From: a virus
Taxonomy: Duplodnaviria > Heunggongvirae > Uroviricota > Caudoviricetes
Direction: 5' to 3' (one strand)
Length of the DNA stretch: 54,515 bases
Virus record (IMG/VR): IMGVR_UViG_3300003691_000001
Location: 64,001 to 118,515 of that record
The notes under the pieces were generated by a model, which saw only the letters and a list, made by a program, of their open reading frames with translations, had not been told where the DNA came from and searched no databases. Below are positions 41,285-50,275 of the stretch, in pieces. The position numbers and the translations under genes were made by a program. Within the stretch, counting starts at the first letter, position 1. The number at the start of each line of letters is the position of its first letter.

Positions 41285-41832
41285 ACTATTGTAGCTCCTG
41301 TTCTATAGTCACGAATTGTTTCAGTACGAGACATCTTACTCTTTGAAAGGGCTTCCTCCCAACCTGTTTTATCCAGCTCTACACCCTCTTTATGAGCTTC
41401 TTTATCCGTCAAGTGTGATGTCATAGCCTTTTTAAGGTTACGTACCCACCTTAGACACCAGAGTGTTACAAAAATCAACCCAGTTACTATGAAGAAGGTT
41501 AAATTCCCTATGAAAATGGAAAAGAGTATACCTAGTGTCCAAAGCATACCACCAATGAAAATACCTAATATACAACACGCAAAAGGGACCATAACACACG
41601 ATATGAAAAGGTAGAATGGTACATCAGAGAAGAACCAAGGTTCATTATCAATGTATAAGTATGCACTATGGCATAGTGTTAGGATTGAGGATAGTACAGA
41701 TAGGAACAATCCGATATATAGTCCAAAGAGACATCCTGCCACAATAACATACTTCCCACCCTTTGCAAGCTCTGCACAGGCGTTAACCCATAGTTCATTC
41801 TGTAAACCCATAAACATTTCAACGTATTCCAT
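41281..41832 (-). CDS. Multi-pass membrane protein
   Basis: Three to four hydrophobic helices; start set at MEYVEM. Confidence 0.65.
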   Translation of the reverse strand: MEYVEMFMGLQNELWVNACAELAKGGKYVIVAGCLFGLYIGLFLSVLSSILTLCHSAYLYIDNEPWFFSDVPFYLFISCVMVPFACCILGIFIGGMLWTLGILFSIFIGNLTFFIVTGLIFVTLWCLRWVRNLKKAMTSHLTDKEAHKEGVELDKTGWEEALSKSKMSRTETIRDYRTGATIV

Positions 41833-41878
41833 CTTTCTTCTCCTTCTCTGATTAAGTTGTACACATCTTACCAGGTCT

Positions 41879-42085
41879 TCACACTGTGTCAAGACCTAAT
41901 TCAGTCCAATTAAAGATTTTACCATCTTCATCATATTCAACTAAGAAGCCTAGCCCCACCTGTACAGACTCATTGAAGCTAGTTGGAACGTCATTCACAT
42001 CTTCACGCAATTCCACTATGAACTCCTTTACCAACCCTACACTAGCTTCAAGGGCTGAATGTATCGTGATCTTACGAATGTTCAT
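41879..42085 (-). CDS. Hypothetical protein
   Basis: 68-aa ORF in operon. Confidence 0.55.
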   Translation of the reverse strand: MNIRKITIHSALEASVGLVKEFIVELREDVNDVPTSFNESVQVGLGFLVEYDEDGKIFNWTELGLDTV

Positions 42086-42342
42086 CAGAACCCCTCCTCC
42101 AGGAATAACCTACCTTTAGGGGTTATCTCATAATCACCCCTACATCCACACGTACACCCTGTGATGTACCCATTCTTTATCAACTGCTTCATCTTAGCCC
42201 GTACAAGCCTCTCAGGTGTCTCAGGAGGCATACTACGCGTTACAGAACGTTTATATTCGTTACCGAATGCATTACACCCTACACCGCCATGTAGCTTTAC
42301 AAAGATTACAACACCTTCACTATCTATATCCTTACATTGCAT
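42085..42342 (-). CDS. Hypothetical protein (wHTH-like, GCTCGCRGDY)
   Basis: GGAGG RBS; LIKNGYITGCTCGCRGDYEITPKG. Confidence 0.6.
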   Translation of the reverse strand: MQCKDIDSEGVVIFVKLHGGVGCNAFGNEYKRSVTRSMPPETPERLVRAKMKQLIKNGYITGCTCGCRGDYEITPKGRLFLEEGF

Positions 42343-42386
42343 ACTCTTACCTCCAACCGTTAAGATGTGTACATGGTAATGGCTAC

Positions 42387-42788
42387 TTAATAGGGTGTCA
42401 AGGCTTTTTCAACCCGTCTTATATACATTCCTTTACCACCGTGACGCATCCTGAGTTCACCACGGTAAATACTCCCTATGACAAAGTGTGCAAGCCCTCT
42501 TCTTAGCTTCCCAGCTTCACCTTTCCACAGCCCCTGTCTACAGGAGTCCATGTTGAAAGTAGCCATTGGCTGGGAACAGTCATAGGTACGGTCGTTACCG
42601 TTAAGGACTACCCCAGGCACAGGGAACATCCTTTCTCCACTATGATAGAACCATCCAGTAAAGCAACTAGGGTGGACTTTTATCCCCGTGGCATTTTGAA
42701 CAAGGTCGCAGATCCCTAGATCTCCTCCTTGTTGGGAGTATACCTCTTGTTGTAGTATGCAACACACGCTTTCTAAGTCCCTATTCAT
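42387..42788 (-). CDS. Hypothetical protein, paralog family A
   Basis: GICD...SCFTGWFYHSG..FPVPG...LWKGEAGKLRRGL. Confidence 0.65.
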   Translation of the reverse strand: MNRDLESVCCILQQEVYSQQGGDLGICDLVQNATGIKVHPSCFTGWFYHSGERMFPVPGVVLNGNDRTYDCSQPMATFNMDSCRQGLWKGEAGKLRRGLAHFVIGSIYRGELRMRHGGKGMYIRRVEKALTPY

Positions 42789-43159
42789 AATCTCACCCTC
42801 TTATTACATATCCACTTACACGTACCAGGTCCCTGTGTGAGATGCATCCTACCGAATAATAGTCCTGCACTGAGGTACATACACAAATCTTTACGAAGTT
42901 CACCCTCTGCACCCTCCCAGGGCTCATAGTGCTCCCCTATACGCTCCACAGGGTTAAATGGGTCACCTGTGTAATGCTCCCAACCCCTTAAACAATCGGT
43001 TTTAATGGTTACACCCTCTCTATTGTATAAGTTAGCACATACACCATGATTCTCAGGCTCTATAGCTCCTGTCCCCCAGCCTTGTAGGTATGTTGCAACC
43101 CTCATCCCCTGATCATGCTCCTTCACCGGTGCAAGAATCTTCTCTGGTAATCTACTCAC
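42785..43159 (-). CDS. Hypothetical protein, paralog family A
   Basis: GVCA...DCLRGWEHYTG..FNPV...PWEGAEGELRKDLC. Confidence 0.65.
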   Translation of the reverse strand: MSRLPEKILAPVKEHDQGMRVATYLQGWGTGAIEPENHGVCANLYNREGVTIKTDCLRGWEHYTGDPFNPVERIGEHYEPWEGAEGELRKDLCMYLSAGLLFGRMHLTQGPGTCKWICNKRVRL

Positions 43160-43394
43160 TACTAGCCCCTATTCCCGTGTACTCCAAGCATCCGTTACAG
43201 GTTATACTTATACCTGCAAAGGTTATAGCCCCGCACGACCAACCGATAGCTGTCAGTAGTTTGATCTCTGGTATTAGGAACCCAAAGAACGCGAAGATAA
43301 GGCATAATAGTGCACATAATGTACAAGTAAGGCCACCAACTCGTAGGGTAGTACGGCTTTTTAACCCCTCCATAAAGTATTTAAACATCTTCAT
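43152..43394 (-). CDS. Small membrane protein
   Basis: Two hydrophobic helices. Confidence 0.55.
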   Translation of the reverse strand: MKMFKYFMEGLKSRTTLRVGGLTCTLCALLCLIFAFFGFLIPEIKLLTAIGWSCGAITFAGISITCNGCLEYTGIGASSE

Positions 43395-43707
43395 TCTCCC
43401 TTACCCACTCTACACCGGCTATAAAGGCATATTTAAGCGTTCTATGCATATACTCTGGCATAAGAACATACTGTGTATCTTCAGAGTGAATGTTTATCAC
43501 ACGAGCTGTACTCTTTAAACCCAACTCTGCATACTTCTCTGAAGCTGCATCCGCATCTTCCTTAACTATGTATGTGTAGTGGACCCAATCCCAGTCAGCA
43601 TCTTTACACACAATGCGATCCCCACTATCCTTAACCGACATAAGAACTGTCTTACCATCCTCGTATGCCTGCATAACTTTGATCTTATCTTTTGTAGTTA
43701 TATTCAT
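43381..43707 (-). CDS. Hypothetical protein, paralog family C
   Basis: KIKVMQAYEDG...WDWVHYTYIVK. Confidence 0.6.
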   Translation of the reverse strand: MNITTKDKIKVMQAYEDGKTVLMSVKDSGDRIVCKDADWDWVHYTYIVKEDADAASEKYAELGLKSTARVINIHSEDTQYVLMPEYMHRTLKYAFIAGVEWVRENEDV

Positions 43708-43913
43708 AATCTCACTCCCCTTACAAACATCCTATCTGTTCTATTATCTTCGTAGAATGAACAACTCACCCCAATGAATGAAAACACAAGTACACCTACA
43801 ACGGGCCATCTAGGTAGAGAGTCATCTACAAAGATGCACCACAGGATGGAACATAAACAAACTAAGGCACCAACTAATGACAATAGTACACTAACCCTCA
43901 TAAGACTATTCAT
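43704..43913 (-). CDS. Small membrane protein
   Basis: Start set at MNSLMR; two hydrophobic helices. Confidence 0.5.
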   Translation of the reverse strand: MNSLMRVSVLLSLVGALVCLCSILWCIFVDDSLPRWPVVGVLVFSFIGVSCSFYEDNRTDRMFVRGVRL

Positions 43914-44242
43914 CTCTTCACCCCCACCGTTACCGATGTAATACCCCATGGCGTAACTTGTATGTACGTATCCAGTTCATCCTGTAAGCCCTTTAACCTC
44001 TCCTCCAGCGCTGTGATCAACTTACCCTGCATCTCATGATAAACAGGCTCCAGTACCTCCTGTAAGAGTATAGTACTAATCTCTGTAGCACTCCGATCCG
44101 TACCTGTAGAGTTAGTACAGATGATACCCACCCTTGCCGAACCAAACTTAGTGGCACTCTTACACTGCTCCAGTAAGTCTGTAACCTGTGCAACCGCGAT
44201 ATCTAAAACCCCTACCTTCTTAAGATCTTCTCTTGTTAGCAT
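43910..44242 (-). CDS. Hypothetical protein
   Basis: 110-aa ORF in operon. Confidence 0.6.
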   Translation of the reverse strand: MLTREDLKKVGVLDIAVAQVTDLLEQCKSATKFGSARVGIICTNSTGTDRSATEISTILLQEVLEPVYHEMQGKLITALEERLKGLQDELDTYIQVTPWGITSVTVGVKR

Positions 44243-44511
44243 CCTACTCTCTCCTTTGTATCCTTAGCTTCTACACCATCTAAATCCACTACACCCAATT
44301 CAAGGTTATTACCGTAACAGTACCAATATCCTACATTACCGTTAGCAAGTCCACCAGGGTAATATGTAGGCTCATTCTCATACCAATATACATCGCCTTC
44401 CTTATCCACAGCAATGTAACCCGCTTCAGGGACTATGAACTCTATACCATTGTACTTTACTACAATCGATGCAACCTTATCCGACCTTGTTAATAACTTC
44501 ATATACTCCAT
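44236..44511 (-). CDS. Hypothetical protein, paralog family B
   Basis: GYIAVDKEGDVYWYENEPTY. Confidence 0.65.
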   Translation of the reverse strand: MEYMKLLTRSDKVASIVVKYNGIEFIVPEAGYIAVDKEGDVYWYENEPTYYPGGLANGNVGYWYCYGNNLELGVVDLDGVEAKDTKERVGC

Positions 44512-44586
44512 TCCCCTATGCTTACATGATCTTTAAATCCTTTCACTACATCAATACGGAGCTGAATCTCTTCACTCAGTTCGGGT

Positions 44587-44910
44587 TTATCCTCCAAAAG
44601 CTGATAAAGCTTCCTTAACATCTCTCCCTTTACCCCTGGAACTACATGAGGCTCCACTTAAAGTAAGAATGTCCTGTACAGGACGTAATGTATCTTTCCA
44701 ATCCACACCTTCCAAGTCTACGGTTAACAATTTATCAATATCGCAACTACAGTGCCACTCCCTAGAACTATAAGTAGGCTCCTCCTTGTACCACCATACA
44801 GTCCCGTCCTCATCCGTGGCAATATAACCATATCCATTCACCAATAGACGGATACCAAAGTAATCCACTGAAACCGGTGTGTCCGGTATGTTCATCTGTA
44901 TAATCTTCAC
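44587..44910 (-). CDS. Hypothetical protein, paralog family B
   Basis: GYIATDEDGTVWWYKEEPTY; GTG start. Confidence 0.65.
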   Translation of the reverse strand: MKIIQMNIPDTPVSVDYFGIRLLVNGYGYIATDEDGTVWWYKEEPTYSSREWHCSCDIDKLLTVDLEGVDWKDTLRPVQDILTLSGASCSSRGKGRDVKEALSAFGG

Positions 44911-44976
44911 TTCTCATCCCTCATTAATTCTATCATACCTTTCATACATTCTCTCCAATCCGTTTAATGTGTGCAT

Positions 44977-45004
44977 AGAATACACCCTCTAAATCCTATG
45001 TCAA
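44977..45004 (-). promoter_or_regulatory. sigma70-type promoter
   Basis: TTGACA-16nt-TATTCT. Confidence 0.65.
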
Positions 45005-45099
45005 GAACTATCCCCTCCAGTAGCAAAAATGGTCTATCCTATACAAACCCCTTACTCTGTGTATACATACTCATCTCATTTATTATTTGAAAAATTTTT

Positions 45100-45665
45100 A
45101 ACATGCACCTCTGAACCTTTCACAGATATGCACTGAAACACCCTATAAGCGCTCCACAACGTGCAATGTGTGCAATGTGTGAAGAACCCAAGGTAGCGCT
45201 TGCAATGTGTACAGGGCTCCTTTATGCAATGTGTGTAATGTGTGCAGAACAATACACCCTTAGTACAATGTGTGCAAGGGGCTTTAGTGTACCGGTGTGC
45301 AAAGGATGTAAATTGGGTTTTTATTTTGAAAATTTTCAAGGGGTGTAAATGGGATAGTTCTCAGAACTATACGAGGTGGGTGCACTGCCCTTATATACAG
45401 TGGCGGGGGGGGTCTAAAAACCCCGTGAAACATTCCGTGAAACATTATAGAACCATGTAGTCATAGTACACGTGTGCACTCTATTCAATGTGTGCATTCT
45501 AGTGCATGTGTGCAGATATGCATGTGTACAAGCGTGCACTGTGAAAGGTGTAGGTATACACGCGATATAGTTAGTAGGCGCTTACAGTGTAGAGGGATGT
45601 GCACAATAAACGTACAGTTTGAAGAGGTCTGAGATAGTGCAGGCGTGCATGGAATGTGTGTAACT
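45100..45665. repeat. Cluster of short direct repeats (C/A)ATGTGTGC-like
   Basis: About ten copies on the plus strand, e.g. caatgtgtgcaatgtgtg, caatgtgtgtaatgtgtgc. Confidence 0.7.
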
Positions 45666-46169
45666 ATTACTAATAATTAAGTGTTTATAGCGTTACAATG
45701 CAAGCTTATCGCTTATATTTTGCACATATGCAAAAATATGCATGTATACAACAATATAGGCATGCACATATAAAAGTGGTGATATACACCCCACCTCCAG
45801 CCATTTAAGCGTTTTTGCGTGTAGTCGCGTGTAGTATTTAGTGGGGGGTTTTTAGCCGTGCAACTCGGTAGAGTTTTACCCTCTGTAAGGGCGAAGAACA
45901 CCCTTTACGGCTGGATTTAGGATTTACCTATACTAAAGCATAGGTCATGGAGTAAGAGGGCTTAGAGGCTAATCTAGGGCCTCTGAGAGGTGTACATAAT
46001 ATAGTCGGTGTCTGTTGACATCGAATAGGATTTATGGGTGTTTATAGACTACATTGCTCCTATCTCAGAGCAAACAAATTACAGTGTATATATGTACAGT
46101 GCTTAACTGTTTGAGGTTGATCTATATATATAGACCATATAAGGCCGTTATGGTCTCCCTATAAACCAT

Positions 46170-46185
46170 TGTTTCACGTGGAACA
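46170..46185. promoter_or_regulatory. parS-type ParB binding site
   Basis: TGTTTCACGTGGAACA inside the longer palindrome CATTG...CAATG. Confidence 0.8.
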
Positions 46186-46205
46186 ATGCACAAATAGCAG
46201 GTATT

Positions 46206-46228
46206 AAAAAGCCCCAATTAAGGGGCTT
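46206..46228 (-). terminator. Rho-independent terminator
   Basis: AAGCCCC-TTAATT-GGGGCTTTTT. Confidence 0.75.
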
Positions 46229-46242
46229 GTGTGGGTAGTAGT

Positions 46243-46443
46243 TTATGTTTCATCGGTGAAAAAGTAATAATCGGCACCATAGTCATAATAAACACCTATA
46301 CCATTTATAGTGTCTATATGATCACAATATTTAATATCTTGATTAGATGTTTCAACTTCGCACCATACCAAACCTGATGCATAGTTTATAGCGTTCTCCT
46401 CTGTAGCATCGTCGCCTTGTAATATAGCATCGTATACCTTCAT
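46243..46443 (-). CDS. Early-type hypothetical protein
   Basis: 66 aa acidic; AGGGA RBS. Confidence 0.65.
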   Translation of the reverse strand: MKVYDAILQGDDATEENAINYASGLVWCEVETSNQDIKYCDHIDTINGIGVYYDYGADYYFFTDET

Positions 46444-46854
46444 AATGTAATCCCTAAATAGTTAAGTTTATACCCAATAGAAAGTAGAACATTTGTACCC
46501 ATTGTGTACTTCGACACGAATAGGCCATTCATCATAGCCATAAATAATTGTAGTGTGATCTGTTTCTTGATCGCAATGCGCTACAAAGCTTTGTTGATTA
46601 TGTCTAGTTGTGCATTCGACAATCACAGACTTCAACTGACAAGCTTCTTGTGCCTTTGCTGCCACTAATAAAACCGCTATTAATCTAGTATACACGATAT
46701 CACCTATCCTGATTAGCTGTTGAGTTCCCCTCAACCGGTAACCCATCTTAACAAATTGGGCGCATATAACAACCCCTAAATACAAATAGGTGTAAATAAA
46801 TCACTGTTCAATTATACAGTGTACTATTAAGCCTTGAAGTGTGGATAACTTTAG

Positions 46855-47157
46855 TTAATCGGTTACTAATGCGTCAACTGTTAAACTACTGAGATACTCT
46901 TCAAACCTATATACACTCATGCCTAAGTTGTATCCCCTTGCACCTCTTTTACTAACTGATCTAACATATTCACTAGGGTTGTTATGATTGTAATAGTTAT
47001 CTACAAAGGTTTTCCTCTTTTTAGCAGTTGAAAATATAGCCGTTATACCATAATAACTCATATGGCCCGTGTGTGGATTTGGTGCACCTGTTGTAACATC
47101 TTGGCCTATTTGTACGAAATAAAGTTTTTTCTTTTCAGTTGATTCTACTATATTCAT
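46855..47157 (-). CDS. Early-type hypothetical protein
   Basis: 100 aa; AAGG RBS. Confidence 0.65.
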   Translation of the reverse strand: MNIVESTEKKKLYFVQIGQDVTTGAPNPHTGHMSYYGITAIFSTAKKRKTFVDNYYNHNNPSEYVRSVSKRGARGYNLGMSVYRFEEYLSSLTVDALVTD

Positions 47158-47180
47158 GATTTTTACCTTTTTAAAAAACG

Positions 47181-47513
47181 TTATAGTGATTCTATAAAAT
47201 CCAATACGTCTAACGTATGTTCACAGTCTAGCGATTCACTAGCTAACTGTTCAGCGTAATAATTTAACGCTATAACCATTAGATTCAAATCTCCCCCGTT
47301 AAGATTGTATGCTCCGGCACCTTTCCAAAAGGACGTGTATAGGCTTCCACATTCTTGTATTTCTTCGACTTGCCATTGTGACATTTCATCATTAAAATCT
47401 AACAGGGAGTCACTATAACATTTTAAGGCGCGCCTTAACACCCTTCTGTGAACGTGTGGAAAAGTTAAAACGTGTTGCTTTTTAAGTCTATCCACGATAT
47501 CACAATAATTCAT
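47181..47513 (-). CDS. Early-type hypothetical protein
   Basis: 110-aa ORF. Confidence 0.6.
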   Translation of the reverse strand: MNYCDIVDRLKKQHVLTFPHVHRRVLRRALKCYSDSLLDFNDEMSQWQVEEIQECGSLYTSFWKGAGAYNLNGGDLNLMVIALNYYAEQLASESLDCEHTLDVLDFIESL

Positions 47514-47547
47514 ATTCTAACCCGTTTATTTTGAATAGTTACTACCC

Positions 47548-47570
47548 AAAAAGCCCTAATAAAAGGGCTT
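47548..47570 (-). terminator. Rho-independent terminator
   Basis: AAGCCCT-TTTATT-AGGGCTTTTT. Confidence 0.7.
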
Positions 47571-47573
47571 GTA

Positions 47574-47589
47574 TGTTCCACGTGAAACA
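47574..47589. promoter_or_regulatory. parS-type ParB binding site
   Basis: TGTTCCACGTGAAACA. Confidence 0.8.
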
Positions 47590-47614
47590 ATACATTCAAA
47601 AATCGGGTTAAATG

Positions 47615-47809
47615 CTATTTATAGTTGCAAACATGAATGGGATTCATTGCAGTCATTGCAGCCATTGCACCCAGTCGGAATTTGAAGCTTTTATCTAGCG
47701 ATTGAATTTTGTTCATTTTACTTGTAGCGCTCACACTGTTAGCTAATTGCATATTAGCTATATGCTCAGAGCGGATTTTATTGGATGATGCATTGCGTAT
47801 AGTGTTCAT
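47615..47809 (-). CDS. Early-type hypothetical protein
   Basis: Start set at MNTIRNA. Confidence 0.45.
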   Translation of the reverse strand: MNTIRNASSNKIRSEHIANMQLANSVSATSKMNKIQSLDKSFKFRLGAMAAMTAMNPIHVCNYK

Positions 47810-47820
47810 ATTGTAAGCCT

Positions 47821-48273
47821 TTAGTAGTCTGTTAACCAATCGTTTGGAATTCCGTAACACTCGAAACCCATATCTAAATCAATAGAATCTAGATTACCAC
47901 AGTTTGGTACGCAAGGGCTACACAAATTTACATAAGATTTAATAGGGCTTTCAAATATGAAGAAATTAAGCGCGCCTCCTAAATAACTGGTTTTATACCT
48001 CACCTCCTCATATTCGCCGGATACGCTAGGCTCTTCACAACTATAATGCTCTAATTGATCCAGCAAACTTGTACTATCACTAATATAATCGTATGCATCC
48101 CCTATACCATCCCAACCATTCATCATAGCAAGTTCCTTTGAAAATTCATCATGACTATGATCAAAACCGGATTCATATAATAAATGGTCTACTAACTCAC
48201 TGCGTAGAGAATTAGCGGATATATAGCCAAACCTAATCCCTGTTTTTTCGTTCACATTTGATAGTGTGTTCAT
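47821..48273 (-). CDS. Early-type hypothetical protein
   Basis: Start set at MNTLSN; GIRFGYIS...SYLGGA...CSPCVPNCGNLDS. Confidence 0.7.
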   Translation of the reverse strand: MNTLSNVNEKTGIRFGYISANSLRSELVDHLLYESGFDHSHDEFSKELAMMNGWDGIGDAYDYISDSTSLLDQLEHYSCEEPSVSGEYEEVRYKTSYLGGALNFFIFESPIKSYVNLCSPCVPNCGNLDSIDLDMGFECYGIPNDWLTDY

Positions 48274-48298
48274 ACAGTAATCCTGTTTAGTATTTGAT

Positions 48299-48314
48299 TG
48301 TTTCACGTGAAACA
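48299..48314. promoter_or_regulatory. parS-type ParB binding site (perfect palindrome)
   Basis: TGTTTCACGTGAAACA. Confidence 0.85.
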
Positions 48315-48322
48315 TTGGTTAA

Positions 48323-48634
48323 TTAGATATCGTTTAATGGTAATTGACTTTTATTAATATTTCCAGCTCTACAGGATTTAACTAGGTCGGTTAATGACCT
48401 AGGCATTGAATAAAACCGCCTTATTGCTGGGGTATTACGCTCTACAATAGCGGCCTTTTCCCATTTAGCAGCTAACACTAGATTTCTAGTGTATTTTGTG
48501 CCATATGGCCCCTTTACCGCTGTAAACCCTCGTTTGGTAGTGTATATGATGACCTTAGGTGGTTCTTTAAAAGCCCAAAATATAACGTCATGACGGTTTT
48601 TAACCTGCTTTAGACGTACAAGTAAAGTGTGCAT
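48323..48634 (-). CDS. Early-type basic hypothetical protein
   Basis: 103 aa; AAGG RBS. Confidence 0.55.
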   Translation of the reverse strand: MHTLLVRLKQVKNRHDVIFWAFKEPPKVIIYTTKRGFTAVKGPYGTKYTRNLVLAAKWEKAAIVERNTPAIRRFYSMPRSLTDLVKSCRAGNINKSQLPLNDI

Positions 48635-48803
48635 ATACTAACCTTTCATATTGTTAAATTTAATAAATCCAAACAAATAACCTGTTGAAGACAATAACAC
48701 GCCATTTACAGACACGTCAACCACCTTTAATAGTAAGTTATCTATTCGTGTAATTTGTTTAGACATACTATCTACTCGCATATGTTGCTATTTGATATCT
48801 TTA

Positions 48804-48831
48804 ACTATAGTTAACTATTCGCAGTGTGCAA
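48804..48831 (-). promoter_or_regulatory. sigma70-type promoter
   Basis: TTGCAC-16nt-TATAGT with AT-rich upstream element. Confidence 0.55.
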
Positions 48832-49060
48832 GAAAATAGTGTAAATAAATTTAATTAAATAAAGGGTATACAATTTAGCACATGTGTGGCAAGGTTTATG
48901 GGCTTGTGACTTGTTCACAATTCAACCAATTTATAGGGGTAACTATGCATAAAATTTAACCAATTAAAACAGTACACGTGTACCTATTTATTTCAACCTT
49001 TTCACGTTGGGACGATAGAGTATGCCTGGTTGATTTTCAACCAACTGGAATGGTCTTTTG

Positions 49061-49126
49061 TGACTTACTAGTCAGTACACACATGTACTTTTATGACTTG
49101 CTGGTCAGTGTACGCGTGTACTCTTA
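49061..49126. repeat. Two tandem 33-bp imperfect repeats, each with TGAC-N6-GTCA
   Basis: TGACTTACTAGTCAGTACACACATGTACTTTTA / TGACTTGCTGGTCAGTGTACGCGTGTACTCTTA. Confidence 0.7.
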
Positions 49127-49330
49127 TATTTTATGGCTAGAACTGGCTGGTCACCAATAAAAATCATTTTAGTACGATCGTTCCAGGCCTTATGTTAACG
49201 CGCCTTTTCCCAGTCTCCCTATATATACAAAATCTCGTTTTTGCTCTGAGTTCCAAAATTTGGCACAACTCTACTTTTTCAATTCTGAAAATACTCTATA
49301 GTGGTGCTCATGGATAGCCTACAAGGCATT

Positions 49331-49480
49331 AAGGCCGCTAGTGTATAGTATACTAGGCATTTAGTATTAATTAGTTCAATAAGTATAATATATTATGCAT
49401 GCTAAAGCTAGAAAGCCTACTCAATAGGGACGTTGTAAAACGTTTAAGGGTAGGCTCTAAAGGCTCGCACTAGCGGCCTT
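49331..49480. repeat. Long-range 13-bp inverted repeat
   Basis: AAGGCCGCTAGTG (49331-43) / CACTAGCGGCCTT (49468-80). Confidence 0.7.
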
Positions 49481-49636
49481 GTATCCCCTTCAAGGGGGTT
49501 TTGTGCCTATACCCTATAGTTGGTATAGGTCTTTATGTATGCCCCTTCATAGGGCTGTAATTAGTCCATGATATGCGCGCCCCCTTTGAGCGCTATGAGA
49601 ACACAAAACACGGGTACACTCCGAGCTTGTACCTAG

Positions 49637-49657
49637 AAAGCCCCAATTAAGGGGCTT
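49637..49657 (-). terminator. Rho-independent terminator
   Basis: AAGCCCC-TTAATT-GGGGCTTT, same hairpin as 46206. Confidence 0.7.
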
Positions 49658-49683
49658 ATGTAGATCAGTGGAGTTTGTTAGCT

Positions 49684-50253
49684 TTACATGTGTTTAGCTA
49701 GGAATTGTTCGTACTGGCTTTCTATCTGTAGGCCACCCTTCAGCTTATCTTGTTTAGATCTTAGTTCTTGGATAGTTGTTAAATGGGTGCTTATGGACTT
49801 TTCATTGGCTTCATATTGCTGTCTAATGCTTAACCGTGTAACACCTTGTTGTGGGTTGCTTTCAACCCCTTTACCTTTTAAGGGCTTAGATGCCTTTTGC
49901 TGCTTATCGGCTGTAGCCTTTTTCAGCCGTAATATATCGGCTTTAGTAGGTATAATCAGACCACTATGCGGCTTACTAAATCCCTGTAGGATGCTGATAA
50001 TATCAACTATAACATTTCTATGTAGCATGGCATGTGAGTGCAAAGAACCGCTAAGTTTAGAATGTGCATGAACAATCAATACTTCAGCCGCCAAATCCCT
50101 TGATACCTCATAATCTTTAGCTATTCTCTTTAGGCTACCATGTACACCTGCTCCAGGTAAAACGGTATTACTTAGGTAAGCTACTGAAGGAAAGTTACCA
50201 AAACGTGTTTGAAGAGAAACAGGTATAGAGCTGCTAGAAGTTGAATTGTTCAT
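49684..50253 (-). CDS. Early-type hypothetical protein with C-terminal coiled coil
   Basis: 189 aa; AAGG RBS. Confidence 0.65.
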   Translation of the reverse strand: MNNSTSSSSIPVSLQTRFGNFPSVAYLSNTVLPGAGVHGSLKRIAKDYEVSRDLAAEVLIVHAHSKLSGSLHSHAMLHRNVIVDIISILQGFSKPHSGLIIPTKADILRLKKATADKQQKASKPLKGKGVESNPQQGVTRLSIRQQYEANEKSISTHLTTIQELRSKQDKLKGGLQIESQYEQFLAKHM

Positions 50254-50275
50254 AAGTATTGCCTTTTTAAGTGGT

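Noticed and set aside
45076-45901. Cys/His-rich ORFs (45076, 45166, 45242, 45713) as metal-binding proteins
   Set aside because: The CTHC/CAMC patterns arise from translating the ATGTGTGC DNA repeats; no RBS.
48274-48315. ATG at 48315 (MFHVKQ...) as gene start
   Set aside because: It is the parS palindrome read as codons; the downstream ATG at 48273 is the more plausible start.
49061-49126. Possible CRISPR mini-array
   Set aside because: Only two adjacent imperfect units with no spacer, and no cas genes.
49258-49280. sigma54 promoter (TTGGCAC)
   Set aside because: -24 element present but no TTGC -12 element at the required spacing.
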